A stretch of DNA of 64,000 nucleotides, from NCBI GenBank assembly GCA_038227875.1, contig JBBRPR010000002.1, positions 192,001 to 256,000 of the forward strand. Reading direction: 5' to 3'. The stretch is from Planctomycetota bacterium (lineage in GTDB: Bacteria > Planctomycetota > SZUA-567 > H5-PLA8). Below are positions 1-9,437 of this stretch, one piece after another. The position numbers and the translations under genes were made by a program. The notes beneath the pieces were generated by a model, which was not told the DNA's origin, searched no databases, and saw nothing but the letters and a program-made list of their open reading frames with translations. Numbering within the stretch: the stretch's first letter is position 1; the number at the start of each line of letters is the position of its first letter.

Positions 1-41
1 AATCGTGTCTTATCGCTAGTTTCAAGAGCCAAGAGCCGACC

Positions 42-980
42 TCAATAACTTCTCCACGGGTACAGCACCTTCATGTTTTTCAGCCGGTTGTAGGGCGATG
101 GATCGAGTAGCGTCGTGTCGGGCGAACCACTGGCGAGCACGCCGCTGCCGGTGCCACCGTTGATGCGCGTGATGCGCGAGAGTGTCAGCGTTTCGCGCTT
201 GTCGGAATCGCAGACGGTGATCGTGCAGCGGATCGCTTTGGGCGGTGGCGCGAAATAAGCGGACGTCAGGTTCGGCAGATTCTTGAACGTGTGTTCCACG
301 TCGTCCCAATACGCGACTTCAAAGTCGAGCACGTCCAGTGTCGGGAGCGAGCGGCCGTGGCCGGCTTCGTCGTCGGCGATGTCGCCGCTGCCCCATTCGA
401 AGCCCGGACACGTGGCCTTCGCGGGCGTATCGTGGCCGGCGCTGGTCACGGCCCAGTGGACCTGCGAGAGATAGCCGGACGTGTTGCCCTTGGTCACGTC
501 GGCAAGAAATTGCGTGCGCGGCCATGAGCTGTCGGAGCTTAGCGCGTTATGTCCCATCGCGCAAAGATTCACTTCCGCCGCCCAGGTGTAATTGTAGAGA
601 CACATGTTGAGGTAGTGGCTGCCCATCGTCGTGTTCGACGAGAACGACGGCATGCGCAAGTACGTCAGCTCCCCGCAATGGCGCTGCGAAGCGCCGTAGC
701 GCGTCGCTGAAACGGCCGGCGTGAACGGATCGGTGTCGTTGAATTGTCCGTGTTTGATGCCAAACTGATTGCCGCGCGTGTCGTAAACGGCCGAATTGAT
801 TTCCGTCTCGTAGTAATCGAGCATCATGCGCGCCGCTTCGTAGACGGCCAGTTTCCGCTCGATGCGAACGGTGGTCTTCGTGACGAGCCGAAAGACCGGC
901 ACGACCATTGTCATCAGACCGAGACAGACGGTGACGACGACCATCATCTCTATCAGTGTGAACCCGCGACGCATGTTCAT
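42..980 (-). CDS. Prepilin-type N-terminal cleavage/methylation domain protein (GspJ/PilW-like pseudopilin)
   Basis: MNMRRG/FTLIEMMVVVTVCLGLM class III signal peptide (G/F, E+5, hydrophobic helix); ATG at 980. Confidence 0.8.
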   Translation of the reverse strand: MNMRRGFTLIEMMVVVTVCLGLMTMVVPVFRLVTKTTVRIERKLAVYEAARMMLDYYETEINSAVYDTRGNQFGIKHGQFNDTDPFTPAVSATRYGASQRHCGELTYLRMPSFSSNTTMGSHYLNMCLYNYTWAAEVNLCAMGHNALSSDSSWPRTQFLADVTKGNTSGYLSQVHWAVTSAGHDTPAKATCPGFEWGSGDIADDEAGHGRSLPTLDVLDFEVAYWDDVEHTFKNLPNLTSAYFAPPPKAIRCTITVCDSDKRETLTLSRITRINGGTGSGVLASGSPDTTLLDPSPYNRLKNMKVLYPWRSY

Positions 981-1022
981 GTCAGAAAAACTCCGCACCA
1001 CCGCCTGGTCCAAGAGCCACGA

Positions 1023-1556
1023 CTAATTCAACTTCAACATGTACTGCGTGTAGCGGAAATGCCGCTTGGAACCTTTCAGATGCAAGTCCAGCGTCACGCG
1101 CGTGACTGGCAGCGCAGTGCCGGCGTTTTCGACGGGCGCGGGGCGGCCGAGGTCATCGGTGCCGACGCCGATGGTCTTGAGCTGCGTGGTGTCGACTTTC
1201 CATTCGTAGCGTTCGATGTCGCCGAAGTTTTCATAGGCATCGCCGGCGGCGTGGGCGAAATCGCGGTAGTTGCCGGTGTTGCCGTTGAGCGGTTCCTGGC
1301 GGGCGGTCATGTATGCGCTGCCGTCGAGCAGATCTGTGGCCGGATCGATCTGGTCGCGCCGAAGTTCCGCGAACTTCGACGCCGATAGATGAATCGATGC
1401 GTCTTGAAAAATCACCAGCGCCGCGGAGTCGATGCCCACCGGCATCGCGGCCATCACGCCAACGATTCCGATCAGGAACACGAACATCGCGATCAAGACT
1501 TCGACCATCGTTAAGCCGGCTCGTGCGCGTCGTCGAAGTGTGGGCAACTTCCGCAT
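1023..1556 (-). CDS. Prepilin-type protein (PilV/GspI-like)
   Basis: RARAG/LTMVEVLIAMFVFLIGIVGV prepilin motif. Confidence 0.8.
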   Translation of the reverse strand: MRKLPTLRRRARAGLTMVEVLIAMFVFLIGIVGVMAAMPVGIDSAALVIFQDASIHLSASKFAELRRDQIDPATDLLDGSAYMTARQEPLNGNTGNYRDFAHAAGDAYENFGDIERYEWKVDTTQLKTIGVGTDDLGRPAPVENAGTALPVTRVTLDLHLKGSKRHFRYTQYMLKLN

Positions 1557-1574
1557 AAACTCTCCGGCCGGTCG

Positions 1575-2381
1575 TCAGTTGGTCGACGGGAACGTATCGA
1601 TGCGATTGGGAATATCTTTGGGGCTCGCCAGCGGAACTCCGCCGATCGACTTCATGTTCGTGCAGATGACCTTCGGACGGAAATAGCCGGTGTACCAGCT
1701 CCCCGTCATCTGAATGACGCAGTGATGTCCGGTGGACGTTTCGAAAATCAGCACGTGATCGAAACCGCCGTAACCATTCCACAAAGGCTTGCAGCCGGTC
1801 TGGTCGAAGATGCTCTGATGGCGCAGGATCTCGCCCATCGCATCTTTTTTGTAGCAGGTCCAGCCCGGGCCGCCGTAGTTGAAGTCGAGCTTCGTGTGAT
1901 CGAAGCTGCCCACCACCACGCGTACGCCATCGGGAATCGTCAGCGCTTCCGGCGTCATCGGCACGTCTTTGAAGCGGTACGGATACCAGGCGTTGGCCGC
2001 GCCATAGTGATTGGACGCGGGAATGTCGGGCATGTACGGGACGCCTGCGGTGCCGCCATCGAGCACGGTCCAGATTTCGATATGGCCCTTGTCCGGCAGC
2101 ACGCCGGGCATCGGCTTGGGATTGATGCCGCCGAAGTCGTCGCCGAACATCACCGCGACGAGCCGGCGTTCGTTGATTGCTGTGACGCGCGCCTGCTTCA
2201 GTGCGGAGAGGACCACCTTTGTCGTTTGGTCGAGCTTCGAAGACTTCGCGAACATCGAGAACGATGGCACGGCCATCACCGTCAGCAGCATCATGATGAA
2301 CAGCACCAGCAGCAGCTCGACGACCGTGAAGCCCGCAACGGTTCCGGAGCGGCGGCTATTGTTTGCCGGGCAATAAATCAT
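1575..2381 (-). CDS. Prepilin-type protein (GspH/FimT-like)
   Basis: AG/FTVVELLLVLFIMMLLTVMAVPSF followed by LKQARVTAI, typical of GspH/FimT. Confidence 0.8.
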   Translation of the reverse strand: MIYCPANNSRRSGTVAGFTVVELLLVLFIMMLLTVMAVPSFSMFAKSSKLDQTTKVVLSALKQARVTAINERRLVAVMFGDDFGGINPKPMPGVLPDKGHIEIWTVLDGGTAGVPYMPDIPASNHYGAANAWYPYRFKDVPMTPEALTIPDGVRVVVGSFDHTKLDFNYGGPGWTCYKKDAMGEILRHQSIFDQTGCKPLWNGYGGFDHVLIFETSTGHHCVIQMTGSWYTGYFRPKVICTNMKSIGGVPLASPKDIPNRIDTFPSTN

Positions 2382-2931
2382 CGCCGTTACCTCCGTCGTC
2401 CTTGCGGTTGAGACCGAACGAATACAGTTTGCAGACGTACGAGGAGATCAGCAGGCGCTCGCCGGCCGCCATGGATCGGGTCGGGTCGTAGCCGGGCGGG
2501 ACATCGAGCTTCTGCGCTTTGCTCAAGTCTTCTTGCGCGATGCGCTCGTAATGCAGCGGCTGGCCCCATTCGTCGATGATCAGTCCCTTGCTGGTTTCGG
2601 AGGTGTCGAACTTCAGCAGCGGGCCCATGTCGACGGCGGAGTAGACTTCGCCGTTGGCGGTATTCGGGGTGTTGCGGAAGGTCGTGGTCATGAAAAAATT
2701 CAGCGCGGCGTTGCCGGTCATGGAGCTGTACGAGTCGGGCGGATAGGCGTGGTACTGGAGCTTGTACGACTCCAATCCGTTGAGCACTTTTTCAAGCAGC
2801 GTCTTGGTCTTGTTGCGGCGCGCGCTGTCGCGCAGATGAGCGGCGCCAGCAAAGATCGCGGCCATCAAAAACACCACCACGCCGATCACGATCAGCAGTT
2901 CCATCAGCGTGAAACCTTTCGAATGACGCAT
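2356..2931 (-). CDS. GspG-like major pseudopilin
   Basis: KG/FTLMELLIVI; YKLQYHAYP, DEWGQP and LYSFGLNRKDDGGNGDD resemble the T2SS G C-terminal motifs (DPWG, YSxGxDG); ATG at 2931. Confidence 0.8.
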   Translation of the reverse strand: MRHSKGFTLMELLIVIGVVVFLMAAIFAGAAHLRDSARRNKTKTLLEKVLNGLESYKLQYHAYPPDSYSSMTGNAALNFFMTTTFRNTPNTANGEVYSAVDMGPLLKFDTSETSKGLIIDEWGQPLHYERIAQEDLSKAQKLDVPPGYDPTRSMAAGERLLISSYVCKLYSFGLNRKDDGGNGDDLLPGKQ

Positions 2932-2981
2932 GGTGCTTTTTCCTTGGCGAGATTGTTCCGCCGCGATGGGCGTAATTAAAA

Positions 2982-2996
2982 GCAACTGATGCACCA
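2982..2996 (-). promoter_or_regulatory. Candidate sigma54 -24/-12 promoter for the pseudopilin operon
   Basis: Minus strand TGGTGCATCAGTTGC = GG-N10-GC with TTGC, about 50 bp upstream of the ATG at 2931; a sigma54 activator gene is adjacent and divergent. Confidence 0.6.
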
Positions 2997-3123
2997 GCTT
3001 GGCACCCTAAAGCTGAATTCGGTAGAGTGTTATATATAAAGGGTTTAACGACCATTTCATATTGCCTTGTAAATCCCTCTTGCATTTTGACTCCATTTTG
3101 AGTCTAATTTGCGCTTAACGATT

Positions 3124-4437
3124 ATGTCTGACCAAAGCGTCTCCACCCACTGCGTTATCTGCGATCGGCCGATCGAGGTCGCCGCGCTCCGCCAAGGCAG
3201 TATCGAGCGGACGCCCGATGGCTTCGTCTGTTCGCACTGTTTCGCGCGCAACTCGACGTCAACGCTCGCGCCGAATCTTCCCGCCGAGGCCACTGGCGTG
3301 CGCCGATTGTTTGGCTCCGATGCGATCAAGCACGTGCGCCAGATCCTGCTCCAATACGCGGCCGTCGACGCGCCGGTTTTCATCTCCGGCGAAACCGGTT
3401 GCGGCAAGGAACTCGTCGCCCGCGCGCTTCACGAAGAAGGCCCGCGCCGGCGCCAGCCATTCGTCGCGTTCAATTGCGGCGCGATCAGCGATACGCTGCT
3501 GCAGTCGGAACTGTTCGGCCACCGCAAAGGCGCATTCACCGGCGCGCTGTATGCGCACGACGGTTATTTCATTCAGGCCGGCGGCGGGACGGTGTTGCTC
3601 GATGAAATCGGCGATACGTCGCCGCAGATCCAAGTCGCGCTGCTGCGCGTGCTGGAGACGCGCATGGTCCGTCCGGTCGGCGCCGAACGCGACGTGCCGA
3701 TCCAATGCCGCATCGTCGCGGCCTCCAATGCGAATCTGGAAACGCTCTGCGATCAGAATCGCTTCCGCCGCGATTTGCTTTACCGGCTAAAGCAGCTGGA
3801 AATCCACATCCCGCCGCTGCGCGAACGGGTCGAGGACATCCTGCCGCTGACGCAACATTTCCTTCGTCGCGACCGCGGTGAAAACTACCCGATCTCGATC
3901 AAGGCCGAGCTGGCCGCGCACCTGAAATCGCGCGCGTGGCCCGGCAACGTGCGCGAACTGCGCCACGCGGTGGAGCGCATGGCGCTGCTCTTTCCGCACT
4001 GCGTCAACTTCGGCCTGGCGGAATTCGAAGGCCGTCAGCGTCCCGCCAGCGACGACACGGAAGCTCCCGCCGCGCCGCGCAGGCGCTTGCTGCGCGTGCC
4101 GCAGAATCTCCCGACAACGACGTCGGCTTCCGGAACTCCCGGCGCCTCAAAATCGCAGACGGCGCTGTTGAAAATCGAAACCGCCACCGAATCGGCCGCC
4201 GCCATCGCGCAGATGCTCGAAAACGGCGCGGGCCGCCTGCGGCGCATCGACCGCGTGCGCGCTCTTTTCCGGGAGCACAAAACATTGACGCGTGCCGAAC
4301 TCATCCAGATCGTCGGCGTCGCACCGAATACCGCCAGTACGGATTTGCAGCAGTTGCTCGACGAGGGATTCATTACGCGCGTCGAGCCGACGGCCTCGCC
4401 GCGCACGCATTATTTTACGTTGAAGGAAAAAGAGTAA
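3124..4437 (+). CDS. Sigma54-dependent transcriptional activator (bEBP) with N-terminal Cys4 zinc ribbon and C-terminal winged HTH
   Basis: GETGCGKE Walker A, ELFGHRKGAFTGA, LLDEIG, WPGNVREL; N-terminal CVIC...CSHC; C-terminal LTRAELIQIVGVAPNTASTDLQQL. Confidence 0.9.
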   Translation: MSDQSVSTHCVICDRPIEVAALRQGSIERTPDGFVCSHCFARNSTSTLAPNLPAEATGVRRLFGSDAIKHVRQILLQYAAVDAPVFISGETGCGKELVARALHEEGPRRRQPFVAFNCGAISDTLLQSELFGHRKGAFTGALYAHDGYFIQAGGGTVLLDEIGDTSPQIQVALLRVLETRMVRPVGAERDVPIQCRIVAASNANLETLCDQNRFRRDLLYRLKQLEIHIPPLRERVEDILPLTQHFLRRDRGENYPISIKAELAAHLKSRAWPGNVRELRHAVERMALLFPHCVNFGLAEFEGRQRPASDDTEAPAAPRRRLLRVPQNLPTTTSASGTPGASKSQTALLKIETATESAAAIAQMLENGAGRLRRIDRVRALFREHKTLTRAELIQIVGVAPNTASTDLQQLLDEGFITRVEPTASPRTHYFTLKEKE

Positions 4438-4471
4438 TCCCAACTTAAGTGCGCACATCGAGATTCACTTT

Positions 4472-4561
4472 TTCGACATTCGACATTCGACATTCGACAT
4501 TCGACATTCGACATTCGACATTCGACATTCGACATTCGACATTCGACATTCGACATTCGAC
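4472..4561 (+). repeat. Heptamer tandem repeat (TTCGACA), 12 full copies plus a partial one
   Basis: Perfect tandem array between two convergent genes. Confidence 0.95.
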
Positions 4562-4568
4562 GTTCCCG

Positions 4569-5924
4569 TCATTCCGTCAGCTCAATGAACCCCAACGACA
4601 ACCAGCGGTCGCTGAAATTCTCTTCGACTGAGAAGCTGACGCGCGTCTCGCCGCTTTCGGGATCGACGATGCCGGCGGCCAGTTCCAGCACGCCGGGCTT
4701 GAAGCCCTGCGGCAGCGGAATGTCGCGGGTGATCCAGATGTCGCCGGGCAGCCACGCGCGCGGATCGACGCCGTCCAGGAGGAGAATTTCCTCGCGGTCG
4801 CCCTGGCGCAGGCGCAGCGCGAAATCGTAGTGGCGGTAGAGCGGCGCGACGCCGATGTTCTCAATCCAGCTCGTGAATTTGAACGTGCCGTTGGCCTTCG
4901 CCGTCGACTGGTAGCACGCCTGTCGGAAGACAAAGTTGTAGCCGAGGTGCGCGCAGAACTCTTCGATCTGGTCGAAGACGCGCGGCGGAATCGCGACGTA
5001 CTTCGGGTTGAAATACGAGGCGTGGTACTTCAAGCCCTGCTGCAGCAGAAACGGAATGTCGAAACCGCGTTCGTTCCAGACTTTTGGCGAATGGAACGTT
5101 TCCAGCAGCACCGGCGCGGTTTTCCAGACGTCGGAGGCCTGGCCTTCGGCCACTTCGCGCGGGTAGAGATCGAACATGTGGTTCCAGCTCACGTCTTTGG
5201 TCACGGCCGGGCTGCCGCGCTTGCTGATGTCGCCGAACGCGTCCGCGCGCCAGCCGGCGCCGGTGGGAATCGCCGTCGTCAGCAGGTTGAAGTCGGTCAG
5301 GCTGAAGCGGAACGAATTGGGAAACGCCTGCTGGTAAACAGCGGCGAATTGTGCGGCCTGTTCGACGCTGCACGGCAAACCGCCTTCGCCCCACGGACCG
5401 ACGAAGGACATGTCGAGTCCTTCGAACTGCGGATGCCGATCGAAGCGGCTGCCGAGTTCGCGCAACAGTGTGCCGAAGCACTGCAGGTATTCGGCGCTGT
5501 CGTGGTTGGGCCGCAACGTGTCCGGATGGCGCGGCACACCGCGTTCGACGGGGTATTTGCTCGCGTACCACGCCGGCAGTTGCGGTGCGCCGCGGCCGCC
5601 GTAGGGCATGATGCGCACGATCAGCGTCTGTCCAGTGCGGCGGCAGGTATCGAGCGACTTCTCAATCGGCGTGAAGTCGAAGCGATCTTCCTCGGGCTGC
5701 AGCTCCGCCCAGAACCAGCGGAAGTAGGCGACGGTACAGGGGAGATAACCCTCCGCGACGTAAAGATCCGCGGCGGAAATATGAGCGTGAATCGAATCCA
5801 GTTCCTGCGAGAGGACGAAGAGCGGATCGCCATTGAACGCGTGGAACGTACAGCAGCCCCGATGCGGGTTGGCCAGGAACTGCTTCGTCGGCGTGAGTCG
5901 AACCTTGCGAAATGGCTCGGACAT
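4569..5924 (-). CDS. DUF4832-type protein with a glycoside-hydrolase-like TIM barrel
   Basis: NPHRG, YFRWFWAELQPEEDRFDF, GPWGEG, LGYNF and WIENIGVAPLY motifs. Confidence 0.7.
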   Translation of the reverse strand: MSEPFRKVRLTPTKQFLANPHRGCCTFHAFNGDPLFVLSQELDSIHAHISAADLYVAEGYLPCTVAYFRWFWAELQPEEDRFDFTPIEKSLDTCRRTGQTLIVRIMPYGGRGAPQLPAWYASKYPVERGVPRHPDTLRPNHDSAEYLQCFGTLLRELGSRFDRHPQFEGLDMSFVGPWGEGGLPCSVEQAAQFAAVYQQAFPNSFRFSLTDFNLLTTAIPTGAGWRADAFGDISKRGSPAVTKDVSWNHMFDLYPREVAEGQASDVWKTAPVLLETFHSPKVWNERGFDIPFLLQQGLKYHASYFNPKYVAIPPRVFDQIEEFCAHLGYNFVFRQACYQSTAKANGTFKFTSWIENIGVAPLYRHYDFALRLRQGDREEILLLDGVDPRAWLPGDIWITRDIPLPQGFKPGVLELAAGIVDPESGETRVSFSVEENFSDRWLSLGFIELTE

Positions 5925-5976
5925 GCTGGTTTCCCCTTAGAGATACGTTCCGTACGCAGGATATCACGCTAACGTG

Positions 5977-5991
5977 GCAAACATTATGCCA
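5977..5991 (-). promoter_or_regulatory. Candidate sigma54 promoter upstream of the DUF4832 gene
   Basis: Minus strand TGGCATAATGTTTGC, close to the consensus TGGCAC-N5-TTGC; 53 bp upstream of the ATG. Confidence 0.7.
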
Positions 5992-6204
5992 AGTTTCTCA
6001 AACGTGAACAGACGGGATCGGGGACCGGGCATCAGGCATCGGTCGTTAGGTGCGCGCGATTAGAGAAGGGTGCGGCCTTTCGAAGATAATTTTTACACTA
6101 CTTCAAAAAATAACTCAATGCATCGGCGCACATGTTCAAGCCGTCTGCACTCACTGACCGATGCCAGATGCCCGATCCCATCCGTTCGTTCGTACGTCCG
6201 TTCG

Positions 6205-7293
6205 TCACTTCGCCGGCATCGTGGTATTCGTGGGCTTCGTGTCCTTGTTGAACAGCGGCTGTAGCTCCTTGACCATGCCGTCGATTTTGTCGAGCGTGTC
6301 GAGATAGGTCTTGCGCTTCTCCGGATCGACGTACTTCATGCCGTCGAGCTGCGAGCGGCCATTGGAAGCTTCGTCCTGCGCTTCCTTCATGAAGCCGAGC
6401 ATGCGGGCGCGCTGGGTTTCGAGGCTGTGGAGCGTGTATTCGGCGTTGCGGCGCAGGTCGTCGAAGGAATTCTCTTCCTTCTGCTTCATGATCTCGGCGC
6501 GCTTGGTGGGATCTTCCGGGAGCTTCTCGGGCTCGGCTTCAATCTGGCGCAGAGCCGACGCCGCGCGGAGCATCACCTCCGGGCGGTCGTCTTCTTCGAT
6601 CTGGTAGAGCGCTTCGGTGGCGGGGCGTCCGAAGGCGACCACGGCCTTTTCGGCCGCGCCGCGCTTTTCGATGTCTTCGCTCTGCAGATCGACCATCGCG
6701 GCGGCGATCTTCTTGCCGACATCGTTGGGATCGTAAGTCATACCCTGAATGTAAACGGCGCCTTGCTGCTTCTCGCCGGAGAAAAGCAGCACGTCAACGG
6801 CGCGAATGTCTTCGACCGAAGCGACGGGCACTTCGAACTTCCAGCCGCTGGCTTCCGTCTTCCAGACTTTCTCGCCGACGGCGAATTCGACTTTGTTCCA
6901 GCCTTTTTTGAGCGTCAGGATTTTCGATTCGTGCCACTGGTACGACGCGGTGGTGCAGAGCGCCAGGCCCAGCTGCGGCGGTTTCTCGTCGTCGCTATAG
7001 ATGGAGAAGGAAATTTTGCCTTTCGGATCGATGCCGAAGCAGGTCATGTGCTTGAACGCGGTCTTGTCCTTGGTGCCGCCGCCGAAGACCAGCTTGAGCA
7101 GCTTGCGCGCGTCGGTGGAGCCGCGTTCGACGGTGCCGGTGTTGCCCCAGCCTTCCAGCGACCAGGCGCAGCGTTCCATGCCCGGTTTTGGATTGTCCGG
7201 ATTCTGCGGCACGTCGAGTCCGAAAACCGGCGCGGCCAGTACGAGCGCCGTGATGAGCAAGGCAGTGCGGGGGATATGGGCATGTGTTTTCAC
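6205..7293 (-). CDS. Secreted hypothetical protein (possible carbohydrate-binding beta domain, HEAT-like repeat, coiled coil)
   Basis: GTG start with GGAGG RBS; signal peptide; LQSEDIEKRGAAEKAVVAFG and PEVMLRAASAL HEAT-like segments. Confidence 0.6.
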   Translation of the reverse strand: MKTHAHIPRTALLITALVLAAPVFGLDVPQNPDNPKPGMERCAWSLEGWGNTGTVERGSTDARKLLKLVFGGGTKDKTAFKHMTCFGIDPKGKISFSIYSDDEKPPQLGLALCTTASYQWHESKILTLKKGWNKVEFAVGEKVWKTEASGWKFEVPVASVEDIRAVDVLLFSGEKQQGAVYIQGMTYDPNDVGKKIAAAMVDLQSEDIEKRGAAEKAVVAFGRPATEALYQIEEDDRPEVMLRAASALRQIEAEPEKLPEDPTKRAEIMKQKEENSFDDLRRNAEYTLHSLETQRARMLGFMKEAQDEASNGRSQLDGMKYVDPEKRKTYLDTLDKIDGMVKELQPLFNKDTKPTNTTMPAK

Positions 7294-7416
7294 AAAGGAC
7301 CTCCTGTAACTAATACTCCCCGGACCTGCTTCCGTTTAAACCGCAATCGTGCAGGGCACGTCACCGTGCGAATCGTCCCGTAGTGAACCGTCCGGGTTCA
7401 AAACTCGGTCCAGATC

Positions 7417-8493
7417 TTACGAGCGCATCAACCCGAACTTGCCTTCCGTCCACCCTTTAAGCACATGCTTCAAGAGCAGCTCGCGAGCAGGCGCGGCGGA
7501 TTTTTCGGTCAGGCGCGCCAGCGCCGTCTTCACCTCCGCGGCGACTTCGCGTTCGAGGGATGCGGCGGCGGCGTCATCCATCAGCGAGGCTTCCGTGAGC
7601 AGGCTGCGGAAAATGCGCAGCGGATCGCGCATATTTTTGATCTCCGCGGCGGCGTCGCTCGACGGTGCGGTGCCGGTGGCCAGCGCCTTGCTCGCTTTCG
7701 GTGCGGCGGGGACTGCCGCTTCGATCAGCGTCGCGCCTTTGCTCTCGCGGGCGCGGTTGAGCGCGGCGGTCACAGCCATGCGCACGTCGGAGACGTTCGA
7801 GCCGTCGACGAGCACGCCGTCGACGCCGTAGTGCTGCGCCTGATTCAAGACGCGCCCGCGGTTGCTGCTGCGCGGCGTTTCGATTTCGGGAAAGACGTAG
7901 ACGATCGGCAGCTTCCACGCCGTGGTGAGATTCAGCGACTCGTGGAACGAACCTTTCGCCAGATCGTTGGGCGTGCAGAAACAGAGCACCGCCTGAGTCT
8001 GGCGGTTCAAACGCGACGCCAGTCCCGCACCGATGGCCAGCGCCATGCCGCCATTGAGGACCGCGCTGGCCGTGGACGGGGCCGGGATTGTGGAGGGCGG
8101 GGGAGTTGCGCCATTCGTGTGCGCTTCGGAACGCGCCGGCGGCAGCCATTCAGAAACGGCGGCGGCGACCGAGCCGGTGCGCGCGATGATCAGGCCGTGG
8201 CGCCATTCATCGCTGAAGACGAAATCATCGGGCTTCAACACGGAGCACGCGGCGACGGCGATGGCTTCGCGGCCGGGCGCGGGCGGCACGGGCGCGCCGT
8301 CCTTGCGCGTGAGACGGATCAGCGCTTCGTCGAGGCGGCGGATCGTGAGCATGCGGCGGAAGATCAGCGCCGCTTCATCGTCGGAAAAGTCGAGCGCCGT
8401 GACGAAGAGGCTGCCCACGGCTTTCGCACGCGAGACGCGGCTGGGCAGCCGCGGTTTGCGTGGAGACTTTTTCTTTGAGCTCGCGGCCGCCAT
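7417..8493 (-). CDS. Degenerate TPP-dependent dehydrogenase E1 alpha-like protein
   Basis: RRMLTIRRLDE, GREAIAVA, ALAIGAGLA, GSFHESLNL..WKLP, VDGSNV, RDPL; the GDG...NN TPP motif is missing. Confidence 0.75.
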   Translation of the reverse strand: MAAASSKKKSPRKPRLPSRVSRAKAVGSLFVTALDFSDDEAALIFRRMLTIRRLDEALIRLTRKDGAPVPPAPGREAIAVAACSVLKPDDFVFSDEWRHGLIIARTGSVAAAVSEWLPPARSEAHTNGATPPPSTIPAPSTASAVLNGGMALAIGAGLASRLNRQTQAVLCFCTPNDLAKGSFHESLNLTTAWKLPIVYVFPEIETPRSSNRGRVLNQAQHYGVDGVLVDGSNVSDVRMAVTAALNRARESKGATLIEAAVPAAPKASKALATGTAPSSDAAAEIKNMRDPLRIFRSLLTEASLMDDAAAASLEREVAAEVKTALARLTEKSAAPARELLLKHVLKGWTEGKFGLMRS

Positions 8494-8516
8494 CGAAAAA
8501 TTCCTGTTCTGCTGAC

Positions 8517-9431
8517 TTACAATCGAATCGTCTGTCTCGACTTCTTTGCCGCGTGGTGCGTGAAGGCTTTCGGCAGTTCGTTGATCAGGTCGCTGGCGAT
8601 CAGCGACCACACGCCCAGCTTCGACGCCACAACGTCGCCGGCAAAGCCATGAAGATACACGCCCAGGCACGCGGCTTCGAATGTTTTCAAGCCCTGCCCG
8701 ATCAGCGCGGCAATTATCCCGGTCAGCACATCGCCGGTGCCGCCGGTGGCCATGCCGGGATTGCCGGTGGAATTTTGATACAGGCGCTCGCCGTCGCAGA
8801 CGAGTGTAATCGCGCCTTTCAGCACGACCACCGCGCCGGACAGCCTGGCGCATTCCAGCGCCGCTTTGGCGCGATCGGCTTGCACGGCGGCGATGCTCGT
8901 TTTCAGCAGCCGCGCCATTTCACCGGGATGGGGCGTCAGCACGAATTGCGCGTTCGGGCGCTTGAGCTTCTCGACGCGGCCGTCGGCGAAGGCGTTCAGT
9001 CCATCGGCGTCGAGCACCGTTGGCTGCAGCACGCGGGTCGCGAACTCGCGTATCTCCTCGAGCGTGTCGGCGTGGCTGGCCATCCCCGGCCCGCAGACGA
9101 AGACGTCGGCCCACTCGTCGGCGCCGCCCAATTTTCGCAGCGACTTCTTGGTGATCGCGCCGGAGGCGTTTTCGTTCAGACCGTTGGTCACGCATTCGTA
9201 GGTCTTGATCGCGACGATATCCCAGATCGAGGCTGGCACGGCGATGCGCACCAATCCCGCGCCGGAACGGTACGCGGCGCGAGCCGAAAGGCACGGCGCA
9301 CCGGACATGCCGCGCGAGCCGCCGATAATCGTGATTTTGCCGCAGTCGCCCTTGTTCGCGTCGTCCGCGCGCATGGGTAGCGGCGGAACGGACACGACTT
9401 TCTTGAGGCTGGCGACGTCGGCCGCGGGCAT
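8517..9431 (-). CDS. nnrD: ADP-dependent NAD(P)H-hydrate dehydratase
   Basis: NKGDCG, GGSRGMSGA, GAGLV, DADGL, LTPHPGEMARL, GNPGMATGGTGDVLTG. Confidence 0.93.
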   Translation of the reverse strand: MPAADVASLKKVVSVPPLPMRADDANKGDCGKITIIGGSRGMSGAPCLSARAAYRSGAGLVRIAVPASIWDIVAIKTYECVTNGLNENASGAITKKSLRKLGGADEWADVFVCGPGMASHADTLEEIREFATRVLQPTVLDADGLNAFADGRVEKLKRPNAQFVLTPHPGEMARLLKTSIAAVQADRAKAALECARLSGAVVVLKGAITLVCDGERLYQNSTGNPGMATGGTGDVLTGIIAALIGQGLKTFEAACLGVYLHGFAGDVVASKLGVWSLIASDLINELPKAFTHHAAKKSRQTIRL

Positions 9432-9437
9432 GGTCGG

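Noticed and set aside
2999..3014. Plus-strand TTGGCACCCTAAAGC as a sigma54 promoter
   Set aside because: GG-to-GC spacing is 9 rather than the required 10
4449..4631. ORF with STFDIRH repeats (similar ORFs at 18161-18757)
   Set aside because: Simply the translation of the TTCGACA heptamer array
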